From contig DAHVAM010000003.1 of assembly GCA_027314605.1 (NCBI GenBank), forward strand, positions 1-32,000: a stretch of DNA of 32,000 nucleotides, in the 5' to 3' direction. The DNA comes from Candidatus Micrarchaeota archaeon (GTDB lineage: Archaea > Micrarchaeota > Micrarchaeia > Micrarchaeales > CABMGC01). A program made the translations under genes and the position numbers. A model generated the notes under the pieces. The model was not told where the DNA came from and made no database searches. It saw only the letters and a list, made by a program, of their open reading frames with translations. Within the stretch, counting starts at the first letter, position 1, and each line of letters starts with the position of its first letter. Shown one piece after another: positions 29,771 through 32,000 of the stretch.

Positions 29771-30423
29771 CGGGATTCGAGGGATATTTGGTGAGTGGCA
29801 TATTGATAAAGGAGGGGGACCAGAAAACAGACGGAAGCAATATTGTCAATAGCGCACTCAGGAGGGTTATAAGGGAAAACTGGCAGAGCGGCGCGAACGC
29901 CGACCAGAAGCTCAATCAGATACTCAGCGAGCACGCGACGAGGATGGAAAGCCTCCTCGGTAGCTTTGACTACGGCGCCATCTGCATGCCTAACATAATT
30001 TCCAATTCCAAGCGCATGACGTACAAGGAGCTCGTCGCCTACCTGACTCTGCTTGAATCGTTGGGAGTGGGCTACAAGCAATGGTTCAACAACGAGTTTG
30101 CAAACATCTTCCTCGCAGGGCTTACCCTCAAGGCGAGGGACACCCACGCCATAGCAAAGCACCTAGACTCGTTCATGTCAGGCATGGAGAAGAGGATTGC
30201 CTATTACGAGTCAAAGTCGTCAAGGGAGAACAAGGGCATCGAGGAGCTCATAATGGAGTTCGAGAAGAAGAACGGCGGGTTCCTTAGGTTCTTCAGGAAG
30301 GGAGAGCTGGCGGCGCTCAGGAAGATGATCAACATGAGAACAGGAAACCTCAAAACGCTCTCAAAGAGGAGGGAGAGGTACTCGAACATAGTAGTTAAGG
30401 TAAAGGGTTCCAGAAAACGGTAA
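29767..30423 (+). CDS. Hypothetical 218-aa protein, translationally coupled to gltX
   Basis: The GTG start overlaps the gltX stop (ATGTGA). The composition is protein-like with a basic C-terminus (KRRERYSNIVVKVKGSRKR). No domain recognised. The antisense ORF 29575-30162 was judged spurious. Confidence 0.5.
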   Translation: MTGFEGYLVSGILIKEGDQKTDGSNIVNSALRRVIRENWQSGANADQKLNQILSEHATRMESLLGSFDYGAICMPNIISNSKRMTYKELVAYLTLLESLGVGYKQWFNNEFANIFLAGLTLKARDTHAIAKHLDSFMSGMEKRIAYYESKSSRENKGIEELIMEFEKKNGGFLRFFRKGELAALRKMINMRTGNLKTLSKRRERYSNIVVKVKGSRKR

Positions 30424-31311
30424 CTATTTCTTCATTGCCTTGAGATACTCGGCGACACGCGGAGAGACGTCGACGGCGCGGGAGTTTTGGAAGGGAATGG
30501 TGTTTGAGCCGTAGAGCTCCGACACCCCTGCCCTTACGATCCTTTCGTATGCGTTTCCGGCCATCACCAGATGCGTTGCTGCGGCGATTACCTTTCTTGC
30601 ATTGTTCTCAACTGCGATTCTGGCTGCCAGCTCGATGGTGCCCCCTGTGCTTATAACGTCGTCGAATATGATTACGTCTTTCCTCTTGAGGTCCGTTTTT
30701 ATGGAGTGTATGGCCCTGACCTTCCCAGTTTCATAGTCCCGCTCCTTTTCTATTGCGTCGAAATCGCAGTCTAGGAGTTCTGCTAGCTTCTTCGCCCTTA
30801 CCATGTCCCCGCTGTCCGTCGCGATTACAAACGGGTTTGGCGCTGTCTTTGAGAGAGCTTCTGCGAAGCTCTCCGTGGGATCTATAATCGCGCACTTGCC
30901 TTCAAAGAGAGAGAGTACATCGTATCTGTGCGGCTCTACGGTTATCAGCGCCTCTGCACCCGATTCGCTGAGGAGCCGCAGTACAGTATTTATGCTCACA
31001 GCCTCCCTTGCCGAGAACATCTTGTTCTGCCTGACATAGGCAAGGTACGGCACGATTGCTGTGATGTGCCTTGTCCCGAGGCTCTTCAATGCGTCTATCA
31101 TGAAGAGCAATTCGATGAGATGCTTCTCGTGGGGAGAGTATGTTGACTGGACTATGGCGACGTTCTTCTCGCCTTCTGGAATTTTAGGCATCCGTATATA
31201 GGATTCGCCGTCGGGAAAGAGCTTATGCTCCACAGCCGCGTACCTTGCCCCCAGTATCTTGGCCACGCCTGCGCCTATGTTGTTCCCCGAAGGGCCTTCC
31301 AATATCATCAT
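30424..31311 (-). CDS. prs: Ribose-phosphate pyrophosphokinase (PRPP synthetase)
   Basis: 'LFPDGESYIRMP', 'TAIVPYLAYVRQNK' and the PRPP-binding 'VIIFDDVISTGGTI'. Start trimmed to ATG 31311, which overlaps the rpiB stop (ATGA). Confidence 0.9.
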   Translation of the reverse strand: MMILEGPSGNNIGAGVAKILGARYAAVEHKLFPDGESYIRMPKIPEGEKNVAIVQSTYSPHEKHLIELLFMIDALKSLGTRHITAIVPYLAYVRQNKMFSAREAVSINTVLRLLSESGAEALITVEPHRYDVLSLFEGKCAIIDPTESFAEALSKTAPNPFVIATDSGDMVRAKKLAELLDCDFDAIEKERDYETGKVRAIHSIKTDLKRKDVIIFDDVISTGGTIELAARIAVENNARKVIAAATHLVMAGNAYERIVRAGVSELYGSNTIPFQNSRAVDVSPRVAEYLKAMKK

Positions 31312-31784
31312 TTTACCGGCCTCGCTATGCGGTGCTTCCTTTCGATGGCGTGGATCTTCTTTATCCGCCTCACGTGGCGATGCTCCCCTTCGAACGGCTC
31401 TTCCAGCCATATCTTTACTATCTTCTTCGCCATTTCAGGGGTGACAAACCTCTCCCCGAGGCAGAGAATGTTGACGTCGCCGTGCTTCTTCGCTGAAACT
31501 GCGGACTCCTCGTTCCAGCAGACTGAGGCATGTATTCCGGGCATCTTGTTCGCTGCCCTGTCCATGCCTTGCCCTGACCCGCAGATCAGTATGCCTTTCG
31601 CGCGGTCCTTGGCGACCTCAATGCAGACCTTTTCGGCGTAGTCAGGATAATCGTCGTCAGGGTCGTATAGCAGCGGGCCCATATCCTTTACATCGTAGCG
31701 CTGCTCGATGAGCCACTTATCGAGCGCGGCCTTGAGCTTCCAGCCGGCATGGTCGCTGCCTGTGTATACCCTCTTCAGATACAT
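31308..31784 (-). CDS. rpiB: Ribose-5-phosphate isomerase B
   Basis: 'GSDHAGWKLK', 'GILICGSGQGMDRAANK', 'NILCLGERFV'. 158 aa. Confidence 0.9.
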   Translation of the reverse strand: MYLKRVYTGSDHAGWKLKAALDKWLIEQRYDVKDMGPLLYDPDDDYPDYAEKVCIEVAKDRAKGILICGSGQGMDRAANKMPGIHASVCWNEESAVSAKKHGDVNILCLGERFVTPEMAKKIVKIWLEEPFEGEHRHVRRIKKIHAIERKHRIARPVK

Positions 31785-31826
31785 GATGGTAACATTGACT
31801 GTTAGGATTTAAGAAACTTTTTAGGA

Positions 31827-32000
31827 CTAGGCGTTTATGTTGAGCGCGTAGGTGCCGTTGGCATTTATCCCTAGCTTCTTCGCGAGCTCCGATTTCTCTA
31901 CATTGAGTATAACTACGTAGCCGCTCCATTTCGAGGTGAGTTCGGAGGACCCGCACATCGGACATACCTCTCCCTGAGCGATTATCACTCTGCAGTTCTT
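31827..32000 (-). CDS. spt4: Transcription elongation factor Spt4 / RNA polymerase subunit E'' (3' part; 5' end beyond the window)
   Basis: My own translation of the minus strand from 32000: 'KNCRVIIAQGEVCPMCGSSELTSKWSGYVVILNVEKSELAKKLGINANGTYALNINA*', with stop TAG at 31829-31827. The Zn-ribbon 'CPMCGS' plus 'W.G.V.I....S..A..L.I...G.YAL' matches Spt4. It is absent from the ORF track because no start codon lies in the window. Confidence 0.8.
   Translation of the reverse strand, partial: KNCRVIIAQGEVCPMCGSSELTSKWSGYVVILNVEKSELAKKLGINANGTYALNINA

Noticed and set aside
29575-30162. 195-aa minus-strand ORF overlapping the gltX 3' end and the 29767-30423 ORF
   Set aside because: It would overlap two co-directional, translationally coupled plus-strand genes and has no motifs. 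The plus-strand reading looks more protein-like. This is a moderate-confidence rejection.
31312-31410. 33-codon Arg/Glu-rich N-terminal extension of prs overlapping rpiB
   Set aside because: PRPP synthetases begin close to the 'MMILEGPSGNN' equivalent. The ATG at 31311 forms a typical ATGA overlap with the rpiB stop.
31717-31965. 82-aa minus-strand ORF (MSDVRVLRTHLEMERL...)
   Set aside because: A different minus-strand frame over 31827-32000 translates to a clear Spt4 C-terminal sequence ending at TAG 31829-31827. The listed ORF is Arg-rich and out of frame with it.
1-32000. CRISPR arrays, rRNA genes, transposases/IS elements, integrases
   Set aside because: I found no regularly spaced direct repeats, no rRNA-like conserved blocks, and no DDE or tyrosine-recombinase-like ORFs. 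The only mobile element I can support is the rtcB intein.

Overview
Archaeal chromosomal window. The call rests on fibrillarin, Spt4, an intein-bearing RtcB, an archaeal/eukaryal-type GluRS, a pilin-like protein with a class III signal peptide, a tRNA intron with a helix typical of bulge-helix-bulge (BHB) splice sites, and A/T-rich TATA boxes 20-35 nt upstream of start codons. Lineage guess, unverified: a small-genome, DPANN-like archaeon. There are about 36 protein genes and one tRNA, packed very tightly; several convergent gene pairs abut or overlap. The stand-out is the left 8.6 kb (195-8754). Three paralogous single-domain KaiC-like RecA-fold ATPases bracket five V4R-domain proteins, a FIST-domain protein and a small unknown protein, with a mevalonate-kinase-like gene wedged between the two operons. 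Four of the V4R proteins form an A-B-A-B tandem array of XylR_N+V4R sensor modules, translationally coupled behind the third KaiC-like gene. The cluster encodes no recognisable output domain (no HTH, no kinase), so I read it as an uncharacterised KaiC-centred sensory module. The middle holds an unexplained ~370-nt non-coding stretch and a wHTH + short-form HisG-like pair. It also holds a two-component pair (cytoplasmic GAF/PAS histidine kinase; wHTH-REC-degenerate-GGDEF-like response regulator) flanking a sequon-rich surface protein. The right side holds fibrillarin, a tandem-HTH protein, a Zn-ribbon/helical protein and an ABC-2 exporter. Next come RtcB, split at its active-site Cys by a 505-aa AT-rich LAGLIDADG intein, and tRNA-Leu(CAA) with a 16-nt T-loop intron. 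After these come a C39-like peptidase with Ser at the nucleophile position, a SelB-like factor without a P-loop, a GT4 glycosyltransferase, a pilin-LamG protein, FKBP, GluRS, Prs, RpiB and a partial Spt4 missing from the ORF track. I saw no CRISPR array, rRNA or transposase.
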